DNA of 64,000 nucleotides from Octopus sinensis (Eukaryota). The notes under the pieces were generated by a model that did no database searches, was not told the origin of the DNA, and saw only the letters and a list, made by a program, of their open reading frames with translations. Of this stretch, positions 25,251 to 40,030 are shown in pieces. Position 1 is the first letter of the stretch, and each line of letters starts with the position of its first letter. The stretch is from NCBI RefSeq assembly GCF_006345805.1, contig NC_043005.1:32364001-32428000 (forward strand). Reading direction: 5' to 3'. Both the position numbers and the translations under genes were made by a program.

Positions 25251-26028
25251 TCATTATAGTTCTTCAATGCTTCTTTTTGTCCACATTTGAACAAATCAAC
25301 ACTCCTACTATCTGCTTGCTAAATTAGTTTAATGCCTTCTCAACTCTTGTATATAAACAACTTTAGGTGTTAACTGTATATATGTTACTGTCATCTATTA
25401 TTCATTAGGGCAACCTCTTCCACCCTTGTGTTTCATCATCAAACCCAGCAACCCATGTGATTGCCTCATACATTGTCTTCGTGTTGTCATTTCTTTACCT
25501 TTGTTGTTCTTATATTCTGCTCATTAGTAACTTACAACAGCTAATAAAACGATATTTATTTCTCCTAAAAGAACCTGCTACACTAAATAGACCCACCTAA
25601 TAGTCTTTTGTAGTTTGTCGGACACTGATTTCTCTCCCTCATTATTCTGTTTTCACTAAGTCTTCCACATTTCTTTTCGTTTCCCTCACTTGTCACCAAC
25701 AGTTGAGCTATTATCGAAGGGAATTGAAAACAATGGAGCAGAAAACAAGCGAAAACAATCCCGAATATGATATTTTAAACAACATTATTGCTTTGAAGAC
25801 AGTTGACAAATATCATAGCTACAAATATAGTAAAATTCCAATCCACTTGTGTCAGTCTGGCTTATTTTTTTGTATCTAAATCTGTGATAATCCAACTTTA
25901 AATATTCATTTACTCAAACGTATAGATATATAATATACGGATGTGTTTGGGTGTGTACCCTTGACGTAGTGGGGAGTAATCAATACATGTAATTGAGTAT
26001 CAACTTCGAAATATGATTAATATATATA

Positions 26029-26097
<69 letters not shown>

Positions 26098-26742
26098 GTC
26101 TGTGTATAATTCCTGAAAAATGTATATATACACAGTCATATGCATATTTAAATTATATTCGATAATATAAATATAGTTCTATTTTCCCTTCATGTTTTCC
26201 TATGTCTGATTTGGAGGTGAGGTTGTTTTCTGAGAAGGAAATTAGTGTCGATTCAAACTGTTTAGCAGCTTGTTCATCTTTGGTTGCAGTAGAATTAGCT
26301 CTCTCTCTCGCTCTCCGTATGCATACTAAAATAAGATATCTATGTAATGTAGAAAAAATACAAGAAAAATAAAAACGTTTACCTTGAGTATATACGGTGT
26401 CTTGGTTTGGACATATAAACTACAAAACTCAATACATGTAATTTATGTCTGAATATCGGATGTGTGTGTGCTTAGATATGTATGCATAACATGTTGGTTT
26501 ATTTCCACTAACACTTGAAGATCTTAGGAGGCTTATTAACAAACCTGTCTGTCTCTCATGTGTCTGTAATTTTAGACATAACTTCTGTGGTTAATTCAAT
26601 TACTGGTCATTTGTAATGTTAATAAAACAACAACATATATTGAATAAGATTTCATAAATTCATAAGTGTGTGGAAATATCTACATCTACTATATAGATAA
26701 ATATAATTTTTAGAAAACAAATCCGTAGAAGCACACACTCTA

Positions 26743-26777
<35 letters not shown>

Positions 26778-26934
26778 GTATTTGTGTGTGTGTATGTATG
26801 AATATGTATGTCTATATGTATTTATGTGTATGTATATATGTAAGTATATATGTGTATGTATGTACATATGTATATATATATCTATATGTATATATATATG
26901 TATGTAATATATATAGAGGCGCAGGAGTGGCAAT

Positions 26935-27097
26935 AGGCGCAGGAGTGGCTGTGTGGTAAGTAGCTTGTCTACCAACCACATGGTTCCGGGTTCAGTCCCA
27001 CTGCGTGGCACCTTGGGCAAGTGTCTTCTACTATAGCCTTGTGAGTGGATTTGGTAGACGGAAACTGAAAGAAGCCCGTCGTATATATGTATATATT

Positions 27098-27141
<44 letters not shown>

Positions 27142-27333
27142 TATATGCGTGTGTTTGTCCCCTAGCATTGCTTGACAACCAATGCTGGTGTGTTTACGTC
27201 CCCGTTACTTAGCGGTTCGGCAAAAGAGACCGATAGAATAAGTACTGGGCTTACAAAAGAATAAGTCCCGATTAAAGGCGGTGCTCCAGCATGGCCGCAG
27301 TCAAATGACTGAAACAAGTAAAAGAGTAAAGAG
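26935..27333 (+). mobile_element. tRNA-derived octopus-type SINE (family A)
   Basis: Head aggcgcaggagtggctgtgtggtaag..ggttcagtcc (A/B boxes), internal (TA)n, tail ccagcatggccgcagtcaaatgactgaaacaa(gtaaaaga)n. Confidence 0.9.
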
Positions 27334-27404
27334 TATATATATATGTATGTATATGCATATATATGTATATATATATGTATGTACATGCATATATATGTAT
27401 ATAT

Positions 27405-27812
27405 ACTCTTTTTACTCTTTTTAATTGTTTCAGTCATTTGACTGTGGCCATACTGGAACACCACCTTCAGTCGAGCAAATCGACCCCAGGGCTTATTCTT
27501 TGTAAGCCTAGTACTTATTCTATTGGTCACTTTTGCCGAACCGCTAAGTTACGGGGACATAAATGCACAAGCATTGGTTGTCAAGCGATGTTGAGGGTGA
27601 CAAACACATACACACGCATATATATATATATACACACACACACATATATACGACGGGCGCCTTTCAGTTTCCGTCTACCAAATCCACTCACAAGGCTTTG
27701 GTCGGACCGAGGCTATAGTAGAAGACACTTGCCCAAGGTGCCACGCAGTGGAACTGAACCTGGAACCATGTGGTTAATAAGCAAGCTACTTTCCATACAG
27801 CCACTCCTGCGC
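27405..27812 (-). mobile_element. SINE family A
   Basis: Full-length reverse copy of 26935-27333. Confidence 0.9.
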
Positions 27813-28255
27813 ATGTATATGCATATATATGTATGTATATGCATATATGTATATATATATGCATAAATATGTATGTGTATGCATACATATGTATATGTAT
27901 GTATGTATATGCATATATATATGCATGTATATGCATATAAATGGATGTATATGCATATAAATGCATGTATATGCATATAAATGGATGTATATGCATATAA
28001 ATGCATGTATATGCATATATATGTCATCATCATCATCATCATCCTTTAACGTCCGCTTTCCATGCTAGCATGGGTATGCATATATATATGCATGTATATG
28101 TATATATATATGCATGTATATGCATATATATGTGTGTATAAGCATATATATGTATATATATGTGTGTATATGTATATATATGTGTGTATATGTATATATA
28201 TGTATGTATATGCATATATATGTATGTATATGGTTATATATGTATATGCATATAT
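27813..28255. repeat. Complex TA-rich microsatellite with RTE tail stub (28024-28075)
   Basis: Alternating purine-pyrimidine units. Confidence 0.9.
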
Positions 28256-28383
28256 TTTTTATTTATTTTATTTTATCTAGTTTCAGCTCACGAGCTGTGG
28301 CCATGCTGGGGCACCGCCATTTGTATATACATAAACATGCATGTATATGTATGTATATGCATATGTATGTATTTATATGCTTA

Positions 28384-28754
28384 CTAACAGTATCGCCCGG
28401 CGTTGCTCGGGTTTGTAAGGGAAATAACTATAAAGCATTTTTAGAGAGTTATAGCCAAAAAATGGAAAAAAAATGATGGTAATTTTTTTTTTAGTTAAAA
28501 AGGTCGAGTTGCATCCTCTAGACAGTCTGTGGTTTGTGTTTCTGATTCTCGACCCCATGTCGAATTTATCGATTTTTTTCAGAACTGGGGGAACTTTTCA
28601 AAATTTTCGCTGCGTTAGTTTTGAATTATGACATTGGGCTATGTGTGTGTCAAGTTTCATCAGAATCGGTTGAAAGCCGTGGTCAGGGTGAGGGTACAAC
28701 CTAACAGACACACAGAAACACACAGAGACAAACTGCCGTTTATATATAGAGAGA
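28384..28754 (-). mobile_element. Non-autonomous Helitron-like element
   Basis: Minus strand starts TCTCTCTATATATAAACGGCA (shared with 43985), ends in hairpin cccgagcaacgccggg plus TTAG|T. Confidence 0.7.
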
Positions 28755-30683
28755 TATATGTATGTATATGCATATATATGTATTTATATGCTTATATATG
28801 TATGTATATGCATATATATGTATTTATATGCTTATATATGTATGTATATGCATATATATGTATGTATATGCATATATATGTATGTATATGCATATATATG
28901 TATGTATATGCATATATATGTATGTATATGCATATATATGTATGTATATGCATATATACATATGTATATGCATGTATATGTATGTATATGCATGTATATG
29001 TATGTATATGCATGTATATGTATGTATATGCATGTATATGTATGTATATGCATGTATATGCTTATATGTGTATGTATATGCATATATTTATATATATATG
29101 CATATATAAGCATACATATGTATATATGTGCATGTATATGCATATATATGTACATGTATATGCATATATATATGTATATATGTGCATGTATATGCATATG
29201 TATGTATATATGTGCATATATATGTATATATGTGCATGTATATGCATATATATGTATATATGTGCATGTATATGCATATATATGTATATATGTGCATGTA
29301 TATGCATATATATGTATATATGCCCGTCAGTTCAACCTTCGTATATTCCCGGTGCACCCGCCCTTGCCCACCCCCACCACCAATACCGGATATCTCTATA
29401 TTTTTGCTCCATCTATACCGGATGTCGCTTCTCCCACCACCATTATAGGTGTCTACTCTTCGAACCCCCCTCTTCAATACGCTATTTCACCATGCATTAC
29501 CCCTCTCTTGATATCCTACGTTCTACTTGCCTAGAACCTGTCATCATTTCTCTGAACCACCCCTCCCCACTGGTGCTCCCCATATATTTCTGCCCCCCCC
29601 ACATAAAAGCACCATCCGAACGTGGCCGATGCCAGACCCCTCTGGCACCTGTGCAGGTGGCACGTAAAAAACACCCACTACACTCGCGGAGTGGTTGGCG
29701 TTAGGAAGGGCATCCAGCTGTAGAAACACTGCCAGACTAGACTGGAGCCTGGGGCAGTCCCGAGCTCCCCAGACCCCGGTCGAAACCGTCCAACCCGTGC
29801 TAGCGCGGAAAACGGACGTTAAACGATGATGATGATGTGCATGTATATGCATATATATGTATATATGTGCATGTATATGCATATATATGTATATATGTGC
29901 ATGTATATGCATATATATGTATATATGTGCATGTATATGCATATATATGTATATATATGCATATATATGTATATATGTGCATATATATGCATATATGTGC
30001 ATGTATATGCATATATATGTATATATGTGCATGTATATGCATATATTTGTATATATGTGCATATATATGTATATATGTGCATATATATGTATATATGTGC
30101 ATGTATATGCATATATATGTATATATGTGCATATATATGTATATATGTGCATGTATATGCATATATATGTGCATGTATATGCATATGTATATATGTGCAT
30201 GTATATGCACATATATGTGCATGTATATGCACATATATGTGCATGTATATGCATATAAATATATGTGCATGGATATGCATATATATGTGTGTATGCATAT
30301 ATATATGTGTATATGCATATATATGTGTATATGCATATATATGTGTGTATATGCATATATATGTATGTATATGCATATATAAGTATATATATGTACGTAT
30401 ATGCATATATATGTACGTATATGCATATATATGTATGTATATGCATATATATGAACGTATATGCATATATATGTATTTGCATATATAAGTATATATATGT
30501 ACGTATATGCATATATATATGTATGTATATGCATATATATGTATGTATATGCATATATATGAACGTATATGCATATATATGTATATGCATATATAAGTAT
30601 ATATATGTACGTATATGCATATATATGTATGTATATGCATATATATTTATATATATGTATCTATATATATATATATGTATGTG

Positions 30684-30718
<35 letters not shown>
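28755..30718. repeat. Complex (RY)n micro/minisatellite interrupted by an RTE tail
   Basis: 18-bp gcatatatatgtatgtat and 30-bp gtgcatgtatatgcatatatatgtatatat units. Confidence 0.95.
29321..29836 (+). mobile_element. RTE-type 3' UTR/tail
   Basis: gagtggttggcgttaggaagggcatccagctgtagaaac...ggacgttaaac(gat)n. Confidence 0.85.
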
Positions 30719-30719
<1 letters not shown>

Positions 30720-31624
30720 AGCACCCTGAGAGAAATGTTGGGCATAAGAAGCATTGGATGCAGCATGCAGAAGAGACGTTTGTGTTGGTATGGTCATGTA
30801 CTACGGATAGCTGAGGAGAGACGTGTGAAAAAGTGCCACTCCCAAACTGTTGAAGGAATCCAGAGACATGGGACTAGGTAGTCAAGCATGACCTTCATAC
30901 ATTGAGCCTCACTGAGGCTATGATGAAAGACCGAGACGTCTGGAAATATGTCGTGACTTCGAACACCTGACAAATGAAGTGAGTTCATGGCTTGCAGGAC
31001 AGCTTGCTGTGCTTGAAGAAACCTATTGTGTCAAGTTCATCAACATCAAAATAAAAATCGTATGGATATTGTAGTTGTGATACCTGTGCCTGTGGCACGT
31101 AGGCCCTCACAGAGGAAATGACAAAGACCGAAACCTCTGAGATATGCTGCGACTGTGAAGACTGGACAAATGAAGTGAGTTCATGGCTCGCAGGACAGCC
31201 TGCTGTGCTAATCTAGGATCGTAGAGTGACCCGCTGTTCTTGAGGAGATCTATTGAGTCAAATATGTTAACACCAACATCAAAACGAAAATCAAATGGAA
31301 ATTGTAGTTAAGAATCCCATGCCAGTGACATGTTAAAAGCACCGTCCGAACGTGGCAGATGCCAGCGGCGCCTGGCTGGCGTTCGTGTCGGTGACACGTA
31401 AAAGCACCAACCGATTGTGGAATTTGCCAGCCTCCTCTGGCCCCTGTGCCGGTGGCAGGTAAAAAGCACCCACTACACTCACGGAGTGGTTGGCGTTAGG
31501 AAGGGCAACAGGCTGTAGAAACAATGCCAGATCAGACTGGAGACTGGTGCAGCCTCCTGGCTTCCCAGACCCTGGTCGAACCATCCAACCCATGCTAGCA
31601 TGGAAAACGAACATTAAACGATGA

Positions 31625-31628
<4 letters not shown>
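30719..31628 (+). mobile_element. RTE-clade LINE 3' end
   Basis: [27 protein letters not shown] (RTE RRLRWYGHV motif) followed by the family 3' UTR and (GAT)n. Confidence 0.85.
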
Positions 31629-31667
<39 letters not shown>

Positions 31668-31783
31668 CGTATATGTATGTATATATATATGTATGTACGT
31701 ATATGTATGTATATATATATATATGTTTGTACTTATATGTATGTATATATATATATATGTACATATATGTATGTATATATATC

Positions 31784-32090
31784 TCTCTTTTACTCTTTTA
31801 CTTGTTTCAGTCATTTGATTGAGGCCATGCTGGAGCACCGCCTTTAGTCGAGCAACTCGACCCCGGGACTTATTCTTTTTGTAAGCCCAGTACTTATTCT
31901 ATCGGTCTCTTTTTGCCGAACCGCTAGGTGACGGGGACGTAAACACACCAGCATCGGTTGTCAAGCAATGCTAGGGGAACGAACACAGACACACACACAT
32001 ACATACACATATATATACATATATACGACAGGCTTCGTTCAGTTTCCGTCTACCAAATCCACTCACAAGGCATTGGTCGGCCCGGGGCTA
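31784..32090 (-). mobile_element. SINE family A, head lost in microsatellite
   Basis: Homologous to 27405-27718. Confidence 0.9.
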
Positions 32091-32368
32091 TGTATATATA
32101 TATATATATATGTATGTACGTATATGTATTTATATCTATATATATATATGTACGTATGTATATCTATCTATATACGTACGTATATGTATGTATGTATATA
32201 TGTATGTACGTATATATATATATGTATGTATGTATATATGTATGTATGTATATATGTATGTATGTATATATGTATATATGTATGTACGTATATATATATA
32301 TATGTATGTATGTATATATGTATGTACGTATATATATATATATGTATGTATGTATATATGTATGTACG

Positions 32369-32400
<32 letters not shown>

Positions 32401-32682
32401 CGTATATATATATATATATATGTATGTACGTATATGTATATATATATATATATATGTATGTATATATGCATGTATATATATATGTATGTATGTATATATG
32501 CATGTATATATATATGTATGTATGTATATATGCATGTACATATATATGTATGTATGTATATATGCATGTACATATATATGTATGTATGTATATATGCATG
32601 TACATATATATGTATGTATGTATATATGCATGTACATATATATGTATGTATGTATATATGCATGTACATATATATATATGTA
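32091..32682. repeat. Complex TA-rich microsatellite
   Basis: gtatgtacgtata and gtatatatgcatgtacatata units. Confidence 0.95.
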
Positions 32683-33174
32683 TCCGAAGACCCGGCAAGA
32701 CTAGTCAGGCCATAGCCCGTGGCCCCTACCTGGGACGTAGTCAGTCCACCTGTGCATACCTTCCTTCTTGTGACACTTGTGAAGACCTGTTGAGGCAAGT
32801 GAAAATCAAATCAAATCAAATCAAAATAGATGAACATCAATGGAATTTGTATCTTTGTGGTACCAGTTCCGGTGGCACACAAGAAAACCATCTGAACGTG
32901 GCCGTAGCCAGTACCGCATCGACTGGCCTCCGTGCTGTGGGCACGTAACAAACACCATCCGATCGTGGCTGTTCGCCAGCCTCATCTGGCACCTGTGTTG
33001 GTGGCACATAAAAACACCCACTACACTCTCGGAGTGGTTGGCGTTAGGAAGGGCATCCAGCTGTAGAAACATGTCAGATCTGACTGGCCTGGTGCAGCCT
33101 TCGGGCTCCCCAGACCCCAGTTGAACCGTCCAACCCATGCTAGCATGGAAAGCGGACGTTAAATGATGATGATG
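32683..33174 (+). mobile_element. RTE 3' UTR/tail, same subfamily as 2114-3220
   Basis: Closely similar inverse copy of 2123-3041 without the minisatellite expansion. Confidence 0.9.
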
Positions 33175-33230
33175 TATGTATATATGCATGTACATATATA
33201 TATATGTATGTATATATGCATGTACATATA

Positions 33231-36200
33231 AATCCTTAAATCCTTAAAAATGTTTTAGCCCGAAGGCCGCGGCCATGCTGGGGCACCACCGCTGAATGAG
33301 CTACACTAGTTTGTGAATCCACCTCTGATATGTGGCACTTGATCAACAAGGGAGTTCGATGCTGCTGCCCGCATCCGTGTCTCCTGTCGTGAGGTAGGTT
33401 CATCTGGGACTCCCAACAAGAAGAGATCCAGTTTAGTTTTAAAGAAACCCACATCCACACCATGTAAGTCTCTCAGGCATTTAGGGAGGATGTTAAAGAG
33501 CTGTGGTCCTCTGAAACCCAAGCTGTTGCAGTATCTGGACCTGTATTTTGATGGTGATGTTGGAATCCTTGGCACCACGCAGCGGCGCCCCGTTCTGCGG
33601 TTGGAGTAACTTTGAATGCCAAAGTTTGGGACAAGACCCTCCAGGATTTTCCAGATGTATATCACTGCATATCTCTCCCGCCTCCGCTCCAGGGAGAAGA
33701 GGTTTAATACCTTCAGTCTTTCCCAGTAGCTGACATTTGCATTGAGACGATTTTCTTTGTGTAGCTTCTCTGAGTTGCTTCGAGTTCTGCTGTTTGTTTT
33801 ATATTGTGTGGTGACCAAGTTGGGAGCAGTAGTCCAAGCGGCTGAGGACAAATGTTTTCCATAGGACCATCAGTGTCTCCTTCTCTCTTGTTCTGAAAGT
33901 TCGGAGAATCCATCCAGCTAGCCGTCTGCATTTTATCACCAGATTAGCAATATGCATTTGGAAAGATGCATCATTGCTCATGTCAATGCCCATCACGCAC
34001 TGATTTTGACTCAGGGATTGCAATTCTTCCTGGGCCAGTGTATCCAGTCTTCACGTCATTTACCTTTGTGTGCCAGTAGCGCAGGGCCTGGAACTTACCT
34101 GCATTAAACTGCATGTTGTTGTCCTCAGCCCACCTGTATATTGTGTCCAGCTCATGTTGCAGATGCGCAATATATTCAGGGTTTTGTATTGCGTGGGAGA
34201 CTTTTGTGTCATCTGCATAGCTAGCAAGGGTGGTCATCGTAGCAACTGAAGGCATGTCTGAAAGGGCCACTATGAACATCAGTGGCCCCAAGACAGTGCC
34301 CTGTGGGACACCGCTTGTTATTTGCGTTTCCCTGGAAGTGGCTCCATTGCTCACAACTGCCTGTTTTCTGTCTTTTAGGAAGTTGTGCAGCCACACTCCA
34401 AGTTTCCCGCCTATGCCGAGACCACGCAGTTTGTGACAGATCATACCATGGTCGACTTTATCAAAGGCTTTTGCAAAGTCAAGATATATTACATCCACAT
34501 TTGAGCCATTTAGTAGCTGTTTCAACACCCAGTCATAGTGTTGCAGGAGCTGTGTTAGGCAGCCTCTACCTGGTCGAAATCCATGCTGGGTGTCAGACAG
34601 TAAGTCATTTTCTTCAAGGAACATGATTAGTTTCTTACGGACTATTCGTTCCATGACTTTGCTGATGTGTGAGGTCAGAGAGATAGGCCTATAATTTTTA
34701 GCATCTGCTCTGCTACCTCCCTTATGGATAGGGCATATTACCCCCTCTTTCAGTTTGACTGGGAGCTTACCACTTGCAAGAAAGCTCTGAAAAAGAAGCT
34801 GTAGCGGTTTTGCAAGGGCTCGTTTGCACGATTTGAGAAGGATCGCTGGGAATCCATCAGGTCCAGCAGCTGAGTTTGTGTCAATCTCATCAATGGCTAG
34901 TGTGATATCATCTTCTTCGATGTTGATGTACTCAATTTTTGTCTCTTTGGCTGCTGGTAAAGTGGCAAAGAATTCTTCTGGGTTGTTTACTTGCCTGTGT
35001 CCTAGAGGTGTAGTGAACACACTTTGGAACTGTTCGTTCAGTATTTCACTTATCCTCGTGGGATTTCCTGTGAGAGAGCCATCTTTTTGGAAGAGAGGTC
35101 CTATTCTCTGGTGCACTGTGGCTGTCTCTTTGGCAAACTTAAAGAAAGCTTTAGGGTTTGATTTTATATTTTCTATTACCCAAGCTTCTTTATCTGCTCT
35201 CTCCTTTTCATGGGACTGATGTAGACTTTTCTCAGTTTCCATTAGCATTCTTTCGAGCCGAGACTTCTCACCACTTTTGGTGTGCTTGCTCAGGCGGTTT
35301 GCAATCCTTGTCTGTCGTCTCATAAGAATCCTCCTTTCTCTAGGGATCCTGTTTTTGTTCTTGTGTGTGCTGGCTCTGCACATTGGGACATATTTGTCAC
35401 ATATGGCTTGTATTATGGACATGAAGTGTTTGTGTTTCATGTTTATGTCCGGTGTGGAGAGACATTCAGGCCAATCCTGTTTGAGGATCTCTTTCTCAAT
35501 CGACTTCCAGTTGGCTTTATGAAAGTTTAAGTTGGAGAGATGGTGGGTGCTTCATATAGGCTGTGTGTCTGCGGGGGCTTTTGTTCCATACATAGACAGC
35601 TCTATTATGTTGTGATCCGAGATCATTGTCGGCATCACATTAACATTATGGATAATATCCATATTGTTTGTGAAGCAGAGATCCAGTATATTATCTGCCC
35701 TTGTTGGTTGCAGAACTATTTGCTCCATGAAAGAGGTATTTGTGAGATGGAGCAGGGACTCCACCTGTGCCTGCTGATGGTGTGTCATCCCTGGGAGCAT
35801 CTGCCCCCCAGGCCATTCCACATTGGGGAGGTTAAAGTCACCCATGAAGAATACACTGTTGTGCTGTTCAAGGTTGGTGAGGACTTCTCCTATTTTTGTT
35901 AGGCAGTCTTCAAACATGCCTGGTGGGCGTCTGGTGGGCGATATGTAGTGCATATGACGATATTCAGTTGTCTTATGTGTACAATTTGAGTTTCACATAC
36001 TGAGTTTGAATATGACAGCAGGACCTGGGGCGTGAGGTCATCTCGGATGTACATTGCAACTCCACCATAGCTCCTCCCTTTTCTATCTGTGCGTATGACT
36101 GCATATTGCGGCATGTGTATTTCTGCATCACCTATATCGGGTTCAAGATGCGTTTCTGTGAGTGCCATGCATATGATTGCATGTCACAAGGTCTCTCAGG

Positions 36201-36290
36201 AATGAAATTTTCTTTTTACAGTTTCCGCGCAGCAGCCCTCCTACATTCAGTAGAAATATTTTTGTGGTGTGTGTGTTGGTGTTGGTGTCT
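33231..36290 (-). mobile_element. CR1-group LINE, near-complete ORF2 (APE endonuclease plus RT) with frameshifts
   Basis: ALTETHL, GGVAMY, MGDFNLP, ILDLCF, SDHN; NYRPISLTS, DFAKAFDKVDH, GVPQGTVLGP, YADDTK; tail (AAGGATTT)n. Confidence 0.95.
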
Positions 36291-36300
36291 GTATACATAC

Positions 36301-36332
<32 letters not shown>

Positions 36333-36339
36333 ATATGCA

Positions 36340-36400
<61 letters not shown>

Positions 36401-36407
36401 ATATGCA

Positions 36408-36456
<49 letters not shown>

Positions 36457-36463
36457 ATATGCA

Positions 36464-36516
<53 letters not shown>

Positions 36517-36600
36517 ATATGCATGTACATATATATGTATGTATGTATGTATATATGCATGTACATATATATATATATATGTATGTATATATGCATGTAC

Positions 36601-36632
<32 letters not shown>

Positions 36633-36864
36633 GTATATATGCATGTACATATATGTATGTATGTATATATGCATGTACATATATGTATGTATGTATATAT
36701 GCATGTACATATATGTATATGTATGTATGTATGTATGTATATATGCATGTACATATATATATATGTATGTATGTATATATGCATGTACCTATATGTATGT
36801 ATATATGCATGTACCTATATGTATGTATATATGCATGTACATATATATATATATATACATGTAC

Positions 36865-36896
<32 letters not shown>

Positions 36897-37691
36897 GTAT
36901 ATATGTATGTATGTATATATGCATGTACATATATATATATGTATATATGCATGTACATATATATATATGTATATATGTATGTATATATGCATGTACATAT
37001 ATATATATGTATATATGTATGTATATATGCATGTACATATATATATATGTATATATGCATGTTTATATGTATATATGCATGTACATATATATATATGTAT
37101 ATATGCATGTTTATATATATATATGTATATATGTATGTATATATGCATGTACATATATATATATGTATATATGCATGTACATATATATATATGTATATAT
37201 GTATGTATATATGCATGTACATATATATATATGTATATATGCATGTACATATATATATATGTATGTATATATGTATGTATGTATATATATGTACGTATGT
37301 ATATGTATGTATATATGTATATCTGTACGTACGTATATGTATGTATATATGTATATCTGTACGTACGTATATGTATGTATATATGTATATCTGTACGTAC
37401 GTATATGTATATATATATATATATATCTGTACGTACGTATATGTATGTATATATATATATATCTGTACGTACGTATATGTATGTATATATATATATCTGT
37501 ACGTACGTATATGTATGTATATATATATATCTGTACGTACGTATATGTATGTATATATATATATCTGTACGTACGTATATGTATGTATATATATATATGT
37601 GTACGTACGTATATGTATGTATATATATATATATATCTGTACGTACGTATATGTATGTATATATATATATATATCTGTACGTACGTATATG

Positions 37692-37730
<39 letters not shown>

Positions 37731-37827
37731 GTAAGTCTATGTATATATATATATGTATATATATTTGTATGTCTATGTATATATATATGTATATGTATAT
37801 ATATATATGTATGTATATGTATGTATA

Positions 37828-37871
<44 letters not shown>
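36291..37871. repeat. 1.6-kb complex TA-rich microsatellite
   Basis: Almost pure alternating purine-pyrimidine sequence. Confidence 0.97.
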
Positions 37872-37872
<1 letters not shown>

Positions 37873-37884
37873 CTCGAAATCGAA

Positions 37885-38238
37885 ATAATCCTATGACTGG
37901 CACCCGGCAGATGCCAGGATCCCTGGACTGGTAGTACGTAAAAAGCACTATCCGACTCGTAGCCGATGCTAGCGCCGCCTCGAATGGCTTCCATGCCGGT
38001 AGCATGTAAATTGCACCAATCCGACCGTGGCCGTTGCTAGCCTCGCCTGGCACCTGTGCGGGTGGTACGTAAAAAGCACTCACTACACTCACGGAGTGGT
38101 TGGCGTTAGGAAGGGCATCCAGCTGTAGAAACATTGCCAGATAAGACTGGAGCCTGGTGCAGCCTTCTGGCTTCCCAGATCCCCGGTCGAACCGTCCAAC
38201 CCATGCTAGCATGGAGAACGGACGTTAAACGATGATGA

Positions 38239-38240
<2 letters not shown>
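37885..38240 (+). mobile_element. RTE-type 3' UTR/tail
   Basis: Family tail ending ggacgttaaac(gat)n. Confidence 0.85.
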
Positions 38241-38278
<38 letters not shown>

Positions 38279-38434
38279 GTACGTAAATGCATGTATCTAT
38301 GTATATATATATATATGTACGTGTATGTATGTATATATATACGTATACGTATGTATATACATATATATGTATGTATACGTATGTATATATTTGTATATAT
38401 GTACGTATATTTATGTATATATATGTACGTATTT

Positions 38435-38475
<41 letters not shown>

Positions 38476-38512
38476 GTATATTTTTATTTATGTACGTATA
38501 TTCATGTATGTA

Positions 38513-38564
<52 letters not shown>

Positions 38565-38803
38565 ATGTATATTTATGTATATATAATATTTGTTCGTATA
38601 TTTATGTATATATATATGTATATATATCATCATCATCATCGCTTAACGTCCGTTTTCCGTGCCAGCATGGGTTGGACCATATGTATATATATATATATGT
38701 ATGTATGTATGTATGTATATATGTATGTATATATATATGTATGTATACATATGTATGTATATATATGTATGTATTTATATATATGTATGTATATGTATGT
38801 ATT

Positions 38804-38838
<35 letters not shown>

Positions 38839-38921
38839 ATATATGTATGTATGTATCTATATGTATGTATGTATCTATATATATGTATGTATGTATATAT
38901 ATGTATGTATATATTTGTATG

Positions 38922-38967
<46 letters not shown>

Positions 38968-38975
38968 TATATGTA
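38241..38975. repeat. TA-rich microsatellite with RTE tail stub (38627-38678)
   Basis: Direct inspection. Confidence 0.9.
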
Positions 38976-39240
38976 TGTGTGTTCTTGAGCAAAGCACTTT
39001 ATTTCACGTTGCTCCAGTTCACTCAGCTGTAGAAATGAGTTGCGACGTCACTGGTGCCAAGCTGTATCGACCTTTGTCTTTCCCTTGGATAACACTGGTG
39101 GCGTGGAGAGGGGAGGCCGGTATGCATGGGCGACTGCTGGTCTTCCATAAAAACAACCTTGCCCAGACTTGTGCCTCAGAGGGTAACTCTCTAGGTGCAA
39201 ACCCATGGTCACTCATGACCGAAGGGGGTCTTTACCCTTT
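38976..39240 (+). mobile_element. SINE (family C) body with Meta/MESC-like core, head missing
   Basis: cttgagcaaagcactttatttcacgttgctccagttcactcagctgta resembles the conserved metazoan SINE central domain. Confidence 0.55.
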
Positions 39241-39267
39241 TATATATATATATGTATATATATATGT

Positions 39268-39630
39268 ATCATCATCATCATCATCATCATTTAGCGTCCG
39301 TTTTCCATGCTAGCATGGGTTGGACGGTTCTACTGGGGTCTGTGAAGCCAGAAGGCTTCATCAGGCCCAGTCAAATCTGGCAGTGTTTCTACAGCTGGAT
39401 GCCCTTCCTAACGCCAACCACTCCGTGAGTGTAGTGGGTGCTTTTTACGTGCCACCCGCACTGGTGCCAGACTGAGCTGGCAAACGGCCACGAACGGATG
39501 GTGCTTTTTATGTGCCAGGCGAGGCTGGCAACGGACACGAAACGGGGCAGTGCTGGCAACGGTCGCGAAACGGAAAGTTCTCTTACATGCCACCGGCACT
39601 GGTAACACATCTGCAATTTCCATTGATCGA
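39268..39630 (-). mobile_element. RTE-type 3' UTR/tail
   Basis: (cat)n ttagcgtccgttttccatgctagcatggg... Confidence 0.85.
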
Positions 39631-39748
39631 TTTCGGGTTCAGTCCCACTGCGTGGCATCTTGGGCAAGTGTCTTCTGCTATAGCCCCGGGCCGACCAATG
39701 CCTTGTGAGTGGATTTGGTAGACGGAAACTGAAAAGAACCCTGTCGTA

Positions 39749-39799
<51 letters not shown>

Positions 39800-40030
39800 A
39801 TATGTTTGTGTGTCTGTGTTTGCATTTGTCCCCCTAGCATTACTTGACAACCGATGCTGGTGTGTTTACGTCCCCGTCACTTAGTGGTTCGGCAAAAGAG
39901 ACCGATAGAATAAGTACTGTGCTTACAAAGAATAAGGCCCGGGCTCGATTTGCTCGACTAAAGGCGGTGCTCCAGCATGGCCGCAGTCAAATGACTGAAA
40001 CAAGTAAAAGAGTAAAAGAGAGTAAAGAGT
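39631..40030 (+). mobile_element. SINE family A (from B box onward)
   Basis: cgggttcagtcccactgcgtggca... to (gtaaaaga)n. Confidence 0.9.

Noticed and set aside
26935-27010. tRNA gene
   Set aside because: A/B boxes belong to SINE heads; no full cloverleaf or terminator, and the sequence continues into the SINE body.
39335-39370. CTGATGA plus hairpin on the minus strand
   Set aside because: No GAAA box follows; it is a point variant of the RTE tail sequence.
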